A stretch of DNA of 59,728 nt from Octopus bimaculoides (GCF_001194135.2 NC_068989.1:62528479-62588206), one strand, 5' to 3'. Shown: positions 39,073 to 52,021, numbered from the stretch's first letter. Numbers and translations: made by a program. The notes: generated by a model not told the origin, from the letters alone.

Positions 39073-41344
39073 AACAACAAACAAGATGATAGAGAAATAT
39101 CCGTTAAATATAAATAATGTAAATAATATGATAGGATTGCTTCAATATTCAAGGGGTAGTCTGAAGTATCTAAGCAATCAGGGGATAATTAAATAATAAA
39201 TAATTAATGTAAGTAATTAATGTAAATAATATACATAATTCCTTGTCTCTTAAATATAGAACTGAACTACATTATAGTTCATCTCTGTCCTGTTCTAGTT
39301 TTCCGTTAAATGAATGAAGTTAGTTAATACACAATATTTCGAATCTGTGGAGGTGGAAAAATTTTAATATTTACTAGCGTCTACTATTATAATGAACAGT
39401 TGATCTAAGAGACGATCAGAATGGAATATTGGTAACTATGTTTATTAATTTGCAATTTATAGTGCAAGACTGCACAAGGAATACTAGATGTAGATAACTG
39501 AGTATATAAAATTGAAATCATGTTTGAAATTGTATAAATGAATATAAATTTCTACGCACACTTTTCATTTATTTCAATGTTGAATCCCTTATGAATATTA
39601 TGTCAGTCACGTGTATATAGAAGTGTAGCACATAGAGAAATTGTGGTCCCTACAGTAAGACTTGCAATTCTGGTGGATAAATAGAAAATCGGCGAAGGAT
39701 GCAAATGGCGAATAACGTATTCATTCCAAAATTTATCTGAAAATATGACTAAATGCAGATTTCTACATGCACACGATTACGCAGCATTCAACGAGAAGCT
39801 AATTCAATGTATGAATATAAGTAGGAATGTGATTCCATTTATGAAATAAATAAACTGATGGAATCATATATGTATTATAAAGTATCAGAAACATATGTTA
39901 GTGTACACTAAATATTTCAAAATAATTTAAGCAAACTATTAAGATATGAGTTAAACAAGCACATTTTTGAAGACGTTTTATCATGTGAAATGATCAGTGC
40001 TTCGGAATTATATTTGATTTTTTTCCTGTCAGATTAGATTGAATATTAGCAATACATTACTTTTTATATATTCTATGGGATCAAAATGAAATACCTTCTT
40101 GGAATAAGAGAGCACTGGCAATGATTTCTCGGTTCGCCCTTAGATTTGTAGTAATTTCTGATACTTTTGGATTTAAAGTATATGTTCTATGTATCTAAGA
40201 AAGCTCCATATATAAAGTCTTTGAATTTAATACTATATTCCAATTTGTGTGAATCATTTTCGATATTTACGTGCAGGCAGTTACAATTTATAGCATTGGA
40301 TGTTGTCATAACAAACATTAGCTTTGATTGCTTAGAAGTGGATATATTTAAGGGGTAAGCATCTGTTGAATTGTATGACATACCAATATGATTTTATCGA
40401 AAAGTTTATATTTGTGATGCGTATGAACGTTTGTTTAACAAGCGGAATGTGGTAGCAACAAAAGTTGTCGACAATTTGGTATAATGGTAGATCGTATCAG
40501 AACGTGGGTTTATTGTTGCTGTTGGTTATACGTTTTATTTTAACAATAAAAATCTCCCCAGGTAAGGGTAAATTGTTAACACTAAGTGACATTGATGATA
40601 TTTTCAGTGCCAAACACTTTGAGCAAAATATTTAATCACAGTTGTTCTAAAATATTCTGTGCTGGATAAGTGCTATATAGGAAATAATATATTTGTTATT
40701 TTCAGTGTGGAAAACTTATGGTGTTATCGCGTTTAAGCGTTATGTTTCCAAGATATGCTTCAAATATTGGAATCTATTGAGGTCTAAAATATTTAATCAT
40801 TAAAGATCTTGACTGTTTTCTCGAAATCTGATTTATTGATAATTGGTGTCACCTAGTAATACATTCTCTTATCTCTAGAATGTTATGCTTCAATATCATG
40901 GAATTTAGAGGATTTCGTATGCAAACTATGACATCACTAACATAACTTGCAATGTTAGTCCCTACGTTTACGTGATAGCGTATGTTTTATGTTTTATCTT
41001 AATATTGGTAGATTTCGGTGCATGGGGCATTTACAATCAATAATCAAGTTATGTCCGAAAGAATACCAACAATATCAGCTAAGCCATACCTCGAAAGATT
41101 AATATACCCTATAGAGTAAATGAAAAGCTCAGTTATTGGGGAAATAGCGCTAATAATATCAATTCATCTACAGTTATAGAGCAAAGTAATATGTGAAGCG
41201 AGGTTTTAATGAACTAATAAATTATACGTATTTGTGTAGCGGAGTATCGAATATTTAATATTGGTTCTTCAGAAATGATTACACTTCCATCAGTTAAGAT
41301 CAAGAGCCATGATATTCATCGTTTGGTTATTCTCTTTCTTCATA

Positions 41345-41700
41345 TTAGTATCATTTCGTTTGACTCAGGTCACCCTTATTCCTGGTAGGATTTTGGAGGG
41401 TAGTGGGTTTCCAACTGTAACCGTAGGTAACCACAAGTCTTCAGTAGTAGTTCAAGTGCTTAGTACCCTCCCAGTAATCCTTGCTATTCCTGAGAGACAA
41501 ACGTTCTGTATGAGTTCTGCACGGTGTTATTTTCCAATCCCCTTTATTCATTTGTCTATATCTTTGCTATATTTTTCCGACGCACCAATTATTGTCGGCA
41601 CGAACTTAATAGCTCTCATACTCCAAATTTTTCCTATTTCAAATTTGAAAGGATTGGAATTTTTCTTTTTCTTTTCGACCTCTTTCGTCTTATTATTGTT
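41345..41700 (-). mobile_element. R4/Dong-clade (RLE) LINE 3' end, degraded
   Basis: Minus strand: TKEVEKKKK...FEIGKIWSMRAIKFVPTIIGASEKYSKDIDK*IKGIGK*HRAELIQNVCLSGIARITGRVLST*, followed by a 3' UTR. It is homologous to the RLE C-terminus at 55204-55442 (EI.RLW....VPI.IGALG...QK..LLGTA.ILR). Confidence 0.75.
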
Positions 41701-41704
41701 ATAT

Positions 41705-42250
41705 TTATGGAACGGATGTGTTCCGCTAGTTCGACAGACCATCTGCTGTCAGCAGGTGCTGAGTGGAAGACTGGGAATTCTCTGGCTAATGATACGCAGA
41801 CGTACGCTGAGGCTACGGCATCTCCAGCCATTCTTCAATAATGAGCAGGTGTGGTTACCGTTTATCAGACAGTTCGTCTCATTGACAGAGCTACAGACCT
41901 GGATTAAATGTAGACCTAGAAAGAGCGCGCGGCACCTGGAGAGTCGGCAAGCGCTTACAGTCCTCTAACAGTCAGGCAATGCGGCTGTTAGAAGTCCCAC
42001 ATTGGAGTTCTATAGAGGATTAGCGGTGGGGAAGTGTGACAACGTCCTCAGTGAGATTCTGGGTGTCAGAAGGAATCGATTGACTGGTCCCTTCCGGAGA
42101 ACTTTCGGGTCAGAGCCTATGGACAACTCCCAGAAGTCCCTGGCCTGGCAGTGTCACCGGGAAAGGGGGTGCTCACCCGGGTTGAGACAACCTCCACAGG
42201 TACGGACGTGTCGTCAGTGGGTTCTGTCTGAGATGTGCGCGCGGTGACGA
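41705..42250 (+). mobile_element. L1/Tx1-clade LINE ORF2 C-terminal remnant (zf-RVT region)
   Basis: A GC-richer block translating to QVWLPFIRQFVSLTELQTWIKCRPRKSARHLESRQAL and EFYRGLAVGKCDNVLSEILGV...LTGPFRRTFG..PMDNSQKSLAWQCHR. This resembles Tx1-type ORF2 before the zinc finger (DNFQKSLAW). Confidence 0.65.
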
Positions 42251-43095
42251 AACACATGAATATGCAGAATACATACATTAAAATATACACGCATACATAC
42301 ATTAAAATATACACGCATACATACATATATTCATATGCACACACACAATACATGTATACACACAAATGCATACATACATGGATGTGAAGGCACACACATA
42401 CACACAAACACTAACCCACACACATGCGCACAAACAAATAAAAACAAACTCAGTGTGAATGACGGACAGAGTCAAAACTGGGGAAAAGGTTGCAAGCCGC
42501 AACGAAAATTTTAGAAAAATAAAACATAAATACGTGACGCATGAGTGTGTTAAATTATAAGGCACTAAAAGAGAATGACTCTCCCCAAATACAACAGAAT
42601 GTTTTTTATGTATTTTGTTAATAAGCTATGCTACATTTAAAACTACAATATCGAACATCCCCCTACTACTGTATAGCTACATATATTATATAAGAGTGAT
42701 TTTTATTTTACTGTACGTGAAAAGACATATAATTGTTCCGCCTTTTGCACTAAAAGATGTCTTCATGACCTGCTGCTATATAGAGTTCCATAGCCTTTAT
42801 TATAGAAATAATGAAATTAATATTTAAAATATTAAAACTTGTACCAGGAATACAGGAAAAAGATGAAAGCAAGGAGAAATATATCTAAAGAACAAACATA
42901 TCCCCAGGGAATTATGAAAACTAAATCCAACGCAGTAGTTATTGATACGTTATATATATATATTCCTTAATTACCTTCTAATTGCAGTGAACCATCCTTC
43001 AATGCTAACTATTACGAATCGACTCCATATCGATACGTGTATATTTGCAGATTTCCTTCTAGGTAAGTCTTTGTTAACTCTCAACATATTATACA

Positions 43096-43130
<35 letters not shown>

Positions 43131-45286
43131 NNNNNNNNNNNNNNNNNNNNNNNNNNNNNNNNNNNNNNNNNNNNNNNNNNNNNNNNNNNNNNNNNNNNNN
43201 NNNNNNNNNNNNNNNNNNNNNNNNNNNNNNNNNNNNNNNNNNNNNNNNNNNNNNNNNNNNNNNNNNNNNNNNNNNNNNNNNNNNNNNNNNNNNNNNNNNN
43301 NNNNNNNNNNNNNNNNNNNNNNNNNNNNNNNNNNNNNNNNNNNNNNNNNNNNNNNNNNNNNNNNNNNNNNNNNNNNNNNNNNNNNNNNNNNNNNNNNNNN
43401 NNNNNNNNNNNNNNNNNNNNNNNNNNNNNNNNNNNNNNNNNNNNNNNNNNTCTTTGTTAACTCTCAACATATTATACAATATATATACATATATATATAT
43501 ATATATATGCATACACAATTATTAATCTTTTCAGAATACAATAACACTAATTAAGGCTTAGTGAATTATTTCCAGAACATCTTTAAGGTATTAGAAGCTT
43601 TTACATTGAAATACGCATAAACACATGCATGCAACTAACATGCACACATGTATATACATTCCCAGACACAGACGCAAATATACACAACTAGAAACACTAT
43701 GACTCTTCTGCATTTCATAAAGTGTATGTTGAAAAAATGATAAATTTTTAAAGTAAAATGAAGCATAATTTCAAGTTCTGTGTTATTTAAATTTAACGTG
43801 TATTCTATAACTAATGTTGTGAACTTTAAACGATGTATTTCCGGGATCTATATGAAAGTGCCTCGTTATAACTGCAGTTACGATGCGTTTTATTCAGTTG
43901 GTTCGACATATGTGTTTCGCTCTTCCGTTGGGTTTTAGACTTTTACATAACTATTGTAAGTGGTGATGGATAACGCAAATTAGTTTACGTGTATCAGAAA
44001 ATTACTACCCTGACTACGTAAATGTATATGGTGATCAAAACAAATTGCATTATAATTTCGATGCATCCTAATGTTACATAAGACACTATTTGGTTAATAT
44101 CAAAAACGTAGAGTCACCGCACAGTCATGTTTATGAAATTTGCAGCAAGTTAATCCCAACATATTATTCGTAGGTAGTTTCGATATTGATTTCTATTTAT
44201 AAACACAATGAATTTGCTGTAATATATGAATTCTATGATCTCATCATCTATTTATATTTAGATAAAATACTGTGGTTTCATTATGTAAATTATGCATAAT
44301 AACGCAAAATATTATTAGTGAGAACACATGACTTATTTATTACCGATGCACATCGATCTAGTTTATAATATTATCATTAATTCATTTTGTTGTTTTTCAC
44401 TGTTACTGAGTGTGACTGCGATAAGAATATAATTGAGAGCAAATAAAAGTCAAGAAGAGAGGAAGGGAGGTTTCAACCTTCTCAACGTCCTCCACAATTT
44501 TATTTTCTTAGGGTATATACAACCACAAGCTGATGCTCATTGAAATACTAACACACAACTCAAGCAGGTCATTAACAACGTCCATTGTGTTATAATTATT
44601 CGGGCTAATGGTCGAATGGACGTTGACATTACACTCCTGACTAATGATATGAACAAGGATTTCTGTGTATTAATTTCCACTGATAATGTTTTGAAAATTT
44701 GGTCTAACCAATGTTATGACCTATATTGGAAAGAATTTCCTAAATAAACATCGATTTTGTATACTACATTTCATATTTGCGATCAGGTTTTCTTACTCAT
44801 AGAGTAACAGTCGCATATATACAGGAAACTTTTAATCAAAAATACTTTGGTGAATAATAAATTAATATCTTTTATGCAGGAAAAATGAATTTTGAAGTCA
44901 CAGACATTACATTCTTATGTTGTTCTGTGGAAACAGATCTAAAATTGTGTGAACCCTTGCTTAAATTTATTATGTTAGAGATGAAAAGATGACAAATTCA
45001 TTTTTAGGGACGGGATAATATGATTTCAAAATATGAGGGATGTCAATTTTCTACGGTATGAGAAAACCTAAGATTCATCATCCTATATCGGAAGAAAATC
45101 AAACAAGTTAAGGTTATTTGAAATTCAATCAATTGAAGTTACCTATTTACCGATATATTATCTGAGATCTCTTGGTATGACCAAGAATTTGTTAAAAGAA
45201 ACTATTGATATGATAACAAGCGGATTTTTGATTCGCAATACATCATTTCCTAAAGATACATCACAATGTTCTAGGATATACATATG

Positions 45287-45346
<60 letters not shown>

Positions 45347-48300
45347 TGTGTATACATATATGAGTGTGTATGTATTATGTATGTACGTGTATATATATAC
45401 GTAAATATCGAATAATGTGAATGGGTGCGTCTGTAAGCAATCCATAGATAACTTGGAGCATTATTGCTAAAGTAGAAATTACAGGGGACAGGGTGTCATA
45501 TGTGAGTTTTGCATTAATGTAAAGCTGAACATCACCCAATCAAAATATAACATCTTAAACATTAGCGAAGAAACCTTACCTCTTTGCATATATAATCAAT
45601 ATTTTACACTCCGACATTTCAAAGAGGAGGAACCACCACCGATAATGATGTTTTTCGCTGAACGAAAACATTTAATATATATCTCATATGAACTCTGCAG
45701 ATAGAAGACGCATCTCTCAATAAACGAACATACGAAGATTGCACATACCTAGGACACTACACAATATAAACAAACTTATATATTCTGCACAATATTTTCC
45801 AAAAGTGAAACCCAACAGAGGTAATCATTCAAGAGTTGTTACCCAAGTATCACCCCCTTGATTGCTTGTTTTCGTTTAACAATAATTCTCGCGACACTAT
45901 GTTGTGAATTCTCGTGTTGTGGTTTTCGTCTTTTAATCCAACAAGACCAATTTCTCTCTATGATCGGCTTCAATAATTATTAAGATATCTTCTCAACATG
46001 AAAATAATGGAAGCCTTATTACACCTCTGTAACTTTTTTTAGTATTTATTACATGCCATAATGTACTGTGTATTTTTTAGGCGAAGGTATTTTTCTGTAA
46101 AATCGGCTTAATACAAGTATCACGATGTATACATCCTATGATGACAGTTTACATAGATACACCAAAAAAAAAATATATATATATATGCAATTTCACTGTT
46201 CTATCGCACGTCCCAAAAAATTATTTATCTTGTATCTACATCCGACAATAGAATTAATAATGTATCAAATATTTTTATTAGAAGTAATTCAAAATATTTG
46301 GAATATAACTTTTGGAATATTATCTTTTCGAATATCCTAAGTAAAGGTATTAATGGAATATTCATGTAAAGATATTCAGGTAAGCCACACACATTTTGTA
46401 ATTATATTTTGCTTTTGTTACATAATATTCGAACATGTTATGATGCAAGCAAAATAGATTCACGGGCGGAATTTATTGCTAAGATATTGTTTCTTGCCAC
46501 CATGGCTTTCGTGTTATATTAATACAATGGAGAGCGTGCCTAACCCGAAGCTTTGCTAATGAAATATCTCTATATTGCTGTTAATGATCTAAATAAACAA
46601 AACGCTTTCAACGAAAATAACAGTTATAAATCATTGTCGAATATAAAATAGGATGAAATTATGAAAATTTCTCCGCAATAAAATCGGTACGAAAGTATAG
46701 CTGAACATCTGATATTATGGTAGCCATAAAGAAAACTTTTCGCAAGCTTCTGTCGCTCATCAATAAATAATTTAGCTGTATACCTGCCAACCTTATTTCA
46801 AACTGACAATGGATTTTTGCTTTTGCATTTATTTAACATTACAATAAAGCCTACAGAAAATGATATACGTGAAACACAAAAGAACATTTCCTTGCACGTC
46901 TGCCAAATTCCAATCAACCGTGATTTTAGTTACTCTAGCAACTGCGAAATGTTTCTCAAGAGAATACACTCATTCATAATTGAAATAAATATATTATATT
47001 ACAAATGCCCAGCTACCATCGAGATACTGGAATTCCCAGGGATACGTTTTTATCCTTATACTTGTAAGAATGACTATAAATCTCAGAAACTATTTTCGTT
47101 AATTGAAGACACAGCATAGAGCACACATTAATTTCATTAATGGAATGGTAAATTTGAACGTACAGGAGACAATGCTTAGTATTTTCTGAAAGCTATTGCA
47201 AAAATCACCATATAAATGCCCGGGATAAATTTGTTGGTTTAAAATTACATTACAGCGAGACAATGGAGTATAAAACAAAGGTCAGGCATTTTTACTTTGT
47301 GTTGTAAACATTAGTAAATACTGATCATAGCGCAGACAGACGCCTGTTCGGTTGAAATATGTGTATATGTATGTATGTATATATNNNNNNNNNNNNNNNN
47401 NNNNNNNNNNNNNNNNNNNNNNNNNNNNNNNNNNNNNNNNNNNNNNNNNNNNNNNNNNNNNNNNNNNNNNNNNTATATAGATAGATAGATATATATACAT
47501 ATATGATACATTTTCATTTTCCGTTATTTTCTCACGTTTAGCTGAGAGATATATGTGGAAGGAAATATCCAGATCGAATATATATATCAAAGATGCAATG
47601 GAAAAATAGTATGATGTAATAGCTATATGAATCTTACCTGAGATGAGACACTAGGCACACTAGAAAACGTAAACAAATTACGTTTGCAATATCTTGATGA
47701 CATTATTCATTGGCGGGAAAACGTAGAAAAGTTTCTTCCTGTCACTCGAATGCCAGTGCGTTATGAATTATTGCATTCGATGTAGCCTTTCATTCAAATA
47801 AGAGGTTTCGAGATTACCAATGAAAGTATGGAAGTCTTTCGATGGCCATGTTAAAACGAATGTAAATTAGAATTTCAAGCAGATAGCGTGAACAATACGA
47901 CAAAAGTACCATTCTCCTTAAGAAATAATAAATAAAGAACGGCTACATATATATTCCAACTGTATTTGTATAACTAATTTATTTGCCATATTTGAGCAAG
48001 TAAAATGTGAATCAGGTAATGGTACACTATTTGCTTATAAATATTGACATAAATAATACCAATTTTGCTGGTATCTGTGAAACATTAAAATCTCTAGTAC
48101 TCGTTATAAACGTGGATGGATATAGTTCTACTTATACAATATGATGAAATCAATCAAGTACTGTGTCTAGAGAATTTTTGATGATTTCTCTAATAAGCGT
48201 TGAGCTAAATTTTATAACAAAATATATACAATAAAATATACACAATATATTCATGATAAAATGTCTTTACATTTTCATAGATGCAGTGCTGTTTGTATAC

Positions 48301-48934
48301 TAGAGGATTGGAAAATAATTCACCTGAAATTTAACAAGAGCTATAGAAGTATGTAAATTGCAGGTTACTACGCTAGAAATTGCAGCTAAGTCTTCTGCAA
48401 ATCACATCATGCCACATTAAAACTGGAACGTTACAATACAAAATATAGTCGTTTATCGTAAGCATGTGAAAAGCAGAAATATTGAACGAAATGCACACAG
48501 CACAATGTGAAATGAATGGTGATGCATATTCAAAGCTATTGATCTTTTACGTTTTCAGTGATTATAATTCGGAGAGCAATAAAATTTGAAATTGCTCACA
48601 CCCTACCAACTCAAGAATGGATAGATTCAAAATGAAGTATCTGATATACAAAATAACATACTTACTGCAGCAGATTTTTCTTTTACCACAACACAGCTGT
48701 GGTAATTAGGGTTAAACAAAACATATACAATATAATATATATCACGCATACACACACACACCGGCAAGCACACACGAACACACAAGCACATACATACATA
48801 CATGCACACACACTTATGTGTTACCCGGAATGCTAATCAATTAAGGGAACTGGATATAGATGCAAATGTTATAGTGTAATAATTAACTATCTCTTGCATA
48901 TTGAAGACATGAAATTATATGATGCAAACATAAA

Positions 48935-49960
48935 CATCTCAAAACTTATCTACAGATAGTGCATGGATTTTTCCGAAATTTGTCTTAGCGAAATGCTCCA
49001 AAGCAAACTTGAAGAGAGGAAAACTGGTTAAAAGAAATATCTCACTTAAACCAAGGAACATTGGTAGAAACATGAGACAAAAATGTGTTCTGTCTTCCAG
49101 GAAGATGAAAAATAGAAAGACGAGATGGTAACACCTGACAACTATGAGGAAAAAGAACAAGTTAGATAAAAAAAATTAAATAAGAGAATTAGACCAAACA
49201 CAGACATACAAATACTTCACTGAACTAGATAGGCTACAACACACTCTGATGAAAGGGAAGATAAAGATGGCTTAATATAGACGAGTTATATTAATACTTA
49301 AAACCAAGCTCAATGCGAAGAACAAGTTAGCAGTCTGAATTATTAGTTACAGTTACAATATTATTAATTTGACAAAACAAACTAACCAAAATAGACAAGA
49401 GAAGAAAAATAATGATGACGGAATTTAGAATACACGACCTTACACCTGACTTTGCAAGATAATATATACAACGAAGTGAATTTGGGAGAGAACTTATATA
49501 ACAAGAAAGCTACAAATAAATAGCCGCTATAGGATTCCAGAAATATCTAACTCAAAACCAAAGAACATTGGTAGAAATAGCCGCAAAACATGAGACAAAA
49601 ATGTGTTCTGTCTTCGAGGAAACTGGGAAATAGAAAAATAAGGATGGTAACACCTGACAACTATGACGAAAAAGAACAGAGAACAAAAACTTTAACGCAA
49701 GTAAAATCTAAGCTAAACCAATGCAAGAAAATCCCTTACATGGCAAACAGTGGGTTAGGTAAGTAAAAAAGAAACATCTCAAAAGTGCTTGAGTAGTTGC
49801 GAACTCAAGACAGAAACTGAAAGTGTTTAATTGTTGTACAAGATCGGAGCATCTCCACCAGGACTCACCAAAAACACATAATGGAGTAAAATAAAATAGC
49901 TAAAAAATATGTCGTGAAGTGCAAGCTAATCAAGAATATATCCGCAGACATGACACAGGA
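48935..49960 (+). mobile_element. R4/Dong-clade LINE RT-to-CCHC remnant, degraded
   Basis: Segments KCSKANLKRGKLV, TYKY..LDRLQHTLMKGKIK, ILKTKLNAKNK, ISYSYNIIN, KENPLHGK.W, LKTETES...QDRSISTR and ANQEYIRRHD appear in the order expected for R4-clade ORFs. Confidence 0.85.
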
Positions 49961-50149
49961 AATATATATATATATATATATANNNNNNNNNNNNNNNNNN
50001 NNNNNNNNNNNNNNNNNNNNNNNNNNNNNNNNNNNNNNNNNNNNNNNNNNNNNNNNNNNNNNNNNNNNNNNNNNNNNATATGAACAAGGAAACGAATGAC
50101 TTCACAGGTAGTTCTAAACCGTACAATTTTTTAATAGCTAAATTTACAG

Positions 50150-51010
50150 TTTGGTTTGTCGATCTAGTAAGTTCTTTGTTAACTAAGGTGGGGGGGGGGG
50201 TTGTTAAAGATTCCTTGTTGACTTTTCTAGAGAACTTTCTCGCATTCGTCGGTGGCGATTGTCAAACTGACCTCGAGTTGCATTGTGCTCTGTGATTCTA
50301 TGTATGAGATATATGGGGAGGGTTTGTAGATTTTATTAATAAGCGTTGGAGAGAAGGAGTATTGATGAACGAGAGTTTTAAAAAATAGTAAACGTTAAAA
50401 AGAAGATAATTGATTGAGAGAGAAGTTGGAGGGTGGTGGGGTGTTTAAGGAGTGTTTAATGAAGTGTGTGTGAAAGCCCTTCCCCTCTGCAGCTTCCATT
50501 TGAATAGTTGACCTTTGCTGAAAAGTATTATGTTCAGTTGTTTTCCCAGTTCTTTTCTTACGGTGGAAACAGCAATCTTATATTCATAAAGAGAAACTTC
50601 AGTAATTTTCTGCTAACGATGTGTTTAGGTCTGTGATTGGGGTAGTGGGTAATGAGGTGTAAGATACATGTCATTTGATAACAAAAGGATGATAACAGCG
50701 AGAGAAAAATAACAGGTGGAATATCATTTTTTTCTCTGTGTTCAGTAGTGGTTTCTACTTTCTAATGAATAATACTTCATATTTCCGTAAATGTTGGTTG
50801 TCCGACCATAACTTAAAGAAGGGAAGATTGTAAATTGTCCCTTTCCGCATGATGTGAACTGCTCACTACAAGTGATGTTCCTGACTGAGGGGTCTCTCAT
50901 TTGTTGTTTATGTACACGAACTCTGTCGTAATCCCGTTCCGGATTCACTGATGTAGTATTCTTTGCTTTATGGGCACGGCGCACAGTAAATTATGTTGAT
51001 CTTTTTTTGT
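50150..51010 (-). mobile_element. Probable Penelope-like remnant (pLTR with ORF C-terminus, then N-terminal ORF region)
   Basis: The minus strand at ~51010-50960 gives NKKRST*FTVRRAHKAK, similar to Penelope LNKRSE....CRHK.K. A hammerhead-like relic follows immediately, then a coding-like stretch (KIAVSTVRKELGKQLN...; KFSRKV). Confidence 0.4.
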
Positions 51011-51099
51011 TGTTTTGCATTTTATGTTTGCAATGATTTTGAAAATTTCATTGTTTTTTAAGGATATATGGCCGCCCTCTTCAATGCAAAACAAGTTCT

Positions 51100-51320
51100 G
51101 CATCATGGATCCTTAACCAGTTGAGCATGTAACGTGATTGCTGACGATATGAGAATCTCTGATAATGAGCAGAAGTAGTGAGGGAGCATCATAGCCATGT
51201 TTTGAGAGGAATTCTTTAGAGTTTGAATAATTCACCTCTGGAAACATGGATGTTTCGCTCAACATCATAAAATAATCCTTATTCAGGGACCTTTTGAAAG
51301 AGAGAGGCTACACAATTTGA
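51100..51320. repeat. Interspersed repeat fragment (unclassified, SINE-like)
   Basis: agcagaagtagtgagggagcatcatagcc...gaataattcacctctggaaacatgg...ccttattcagggaccttttga. I recall this as a common cephalopod repeat; it cannot be verified from this window alone. Confidence 0.35.
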
Positions 51321-51494
51321 AGAAATCACTAAATGGGCCCCACCTGCAAGATCATGTACTGTTTATCTTCATATGAGTACACCATGCGAGGCACATATTG
51401 TTGTGATGCGTGTGCCTGGTGTGCTCTTATCAGACGTGTAACTATGATGGATATACAGGGTTTCATATATATATTACCCCAGTATCACTCAATA

Positions 51495-51642
<148 letters not shown>

Positions 51643-51844
51643 TGGTTTCAAGGGCAGCAATTTTGGTGGGAGGAGATGAGTTGATTACATTGATCTTAAT
51701 ATTTCAATGGTACTTAATTTATCGACTCCGATAGGATGAAAGGGAAATTCGACATCGATGGAATTTGAATTTGGAACGTAACGACGGGCGAAGTAATGCC
51801 ATGCATCTCATCCAGCGTGCTAACGATTCTATTAGATCGTTGCC

Positions 51845-51845
<1 letters not shown>
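51643..51845 (-). mobile_element. tRNA-like SINE family A, copy 3
   Basis: Reverse complement of 11246-11460 and 34603-34786 (tggtttcaa...gttgattacattgat...gaatttgaattt..aacgtaa.gacgg...cgtgctaacgattc...cgttgcct). Confidence 0.85.
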
Positions 51846-51907
<62 letters not shown>

Positions 51908-51939
51908 TAATAACGATAATAATGATAATAATAATAACA

Positions 51940-52020
<81 letters not shown>
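51846..52020. repeat. (AAT)n trinucleotide array
   Basis: Directly visible. Confidence 0.95.

Positions 52021-52021
<1 letters not shown>

Larger units (their letters stand above)
38755..39264. mobile_element. Inverted (head-to-head) cassette of a hammerhead-bearing repeat around (AAT)n(AAC)n; Penelope-pLTR/retrozyme-like
   Basis: 38757-38891 is the approximate reverse complement of 38990-39126, and the spacer is (AAT)n(AAC)n. The same sequence recurs at 54037-54180 (-) and 55563-55742 (+). Confidence 0.85.

Noticed and set aside
41309-41968. 219-aa ORF
   Set aside because: It is a chance fusion of the antisense of an R4 fragment with a Tx1-like frame.
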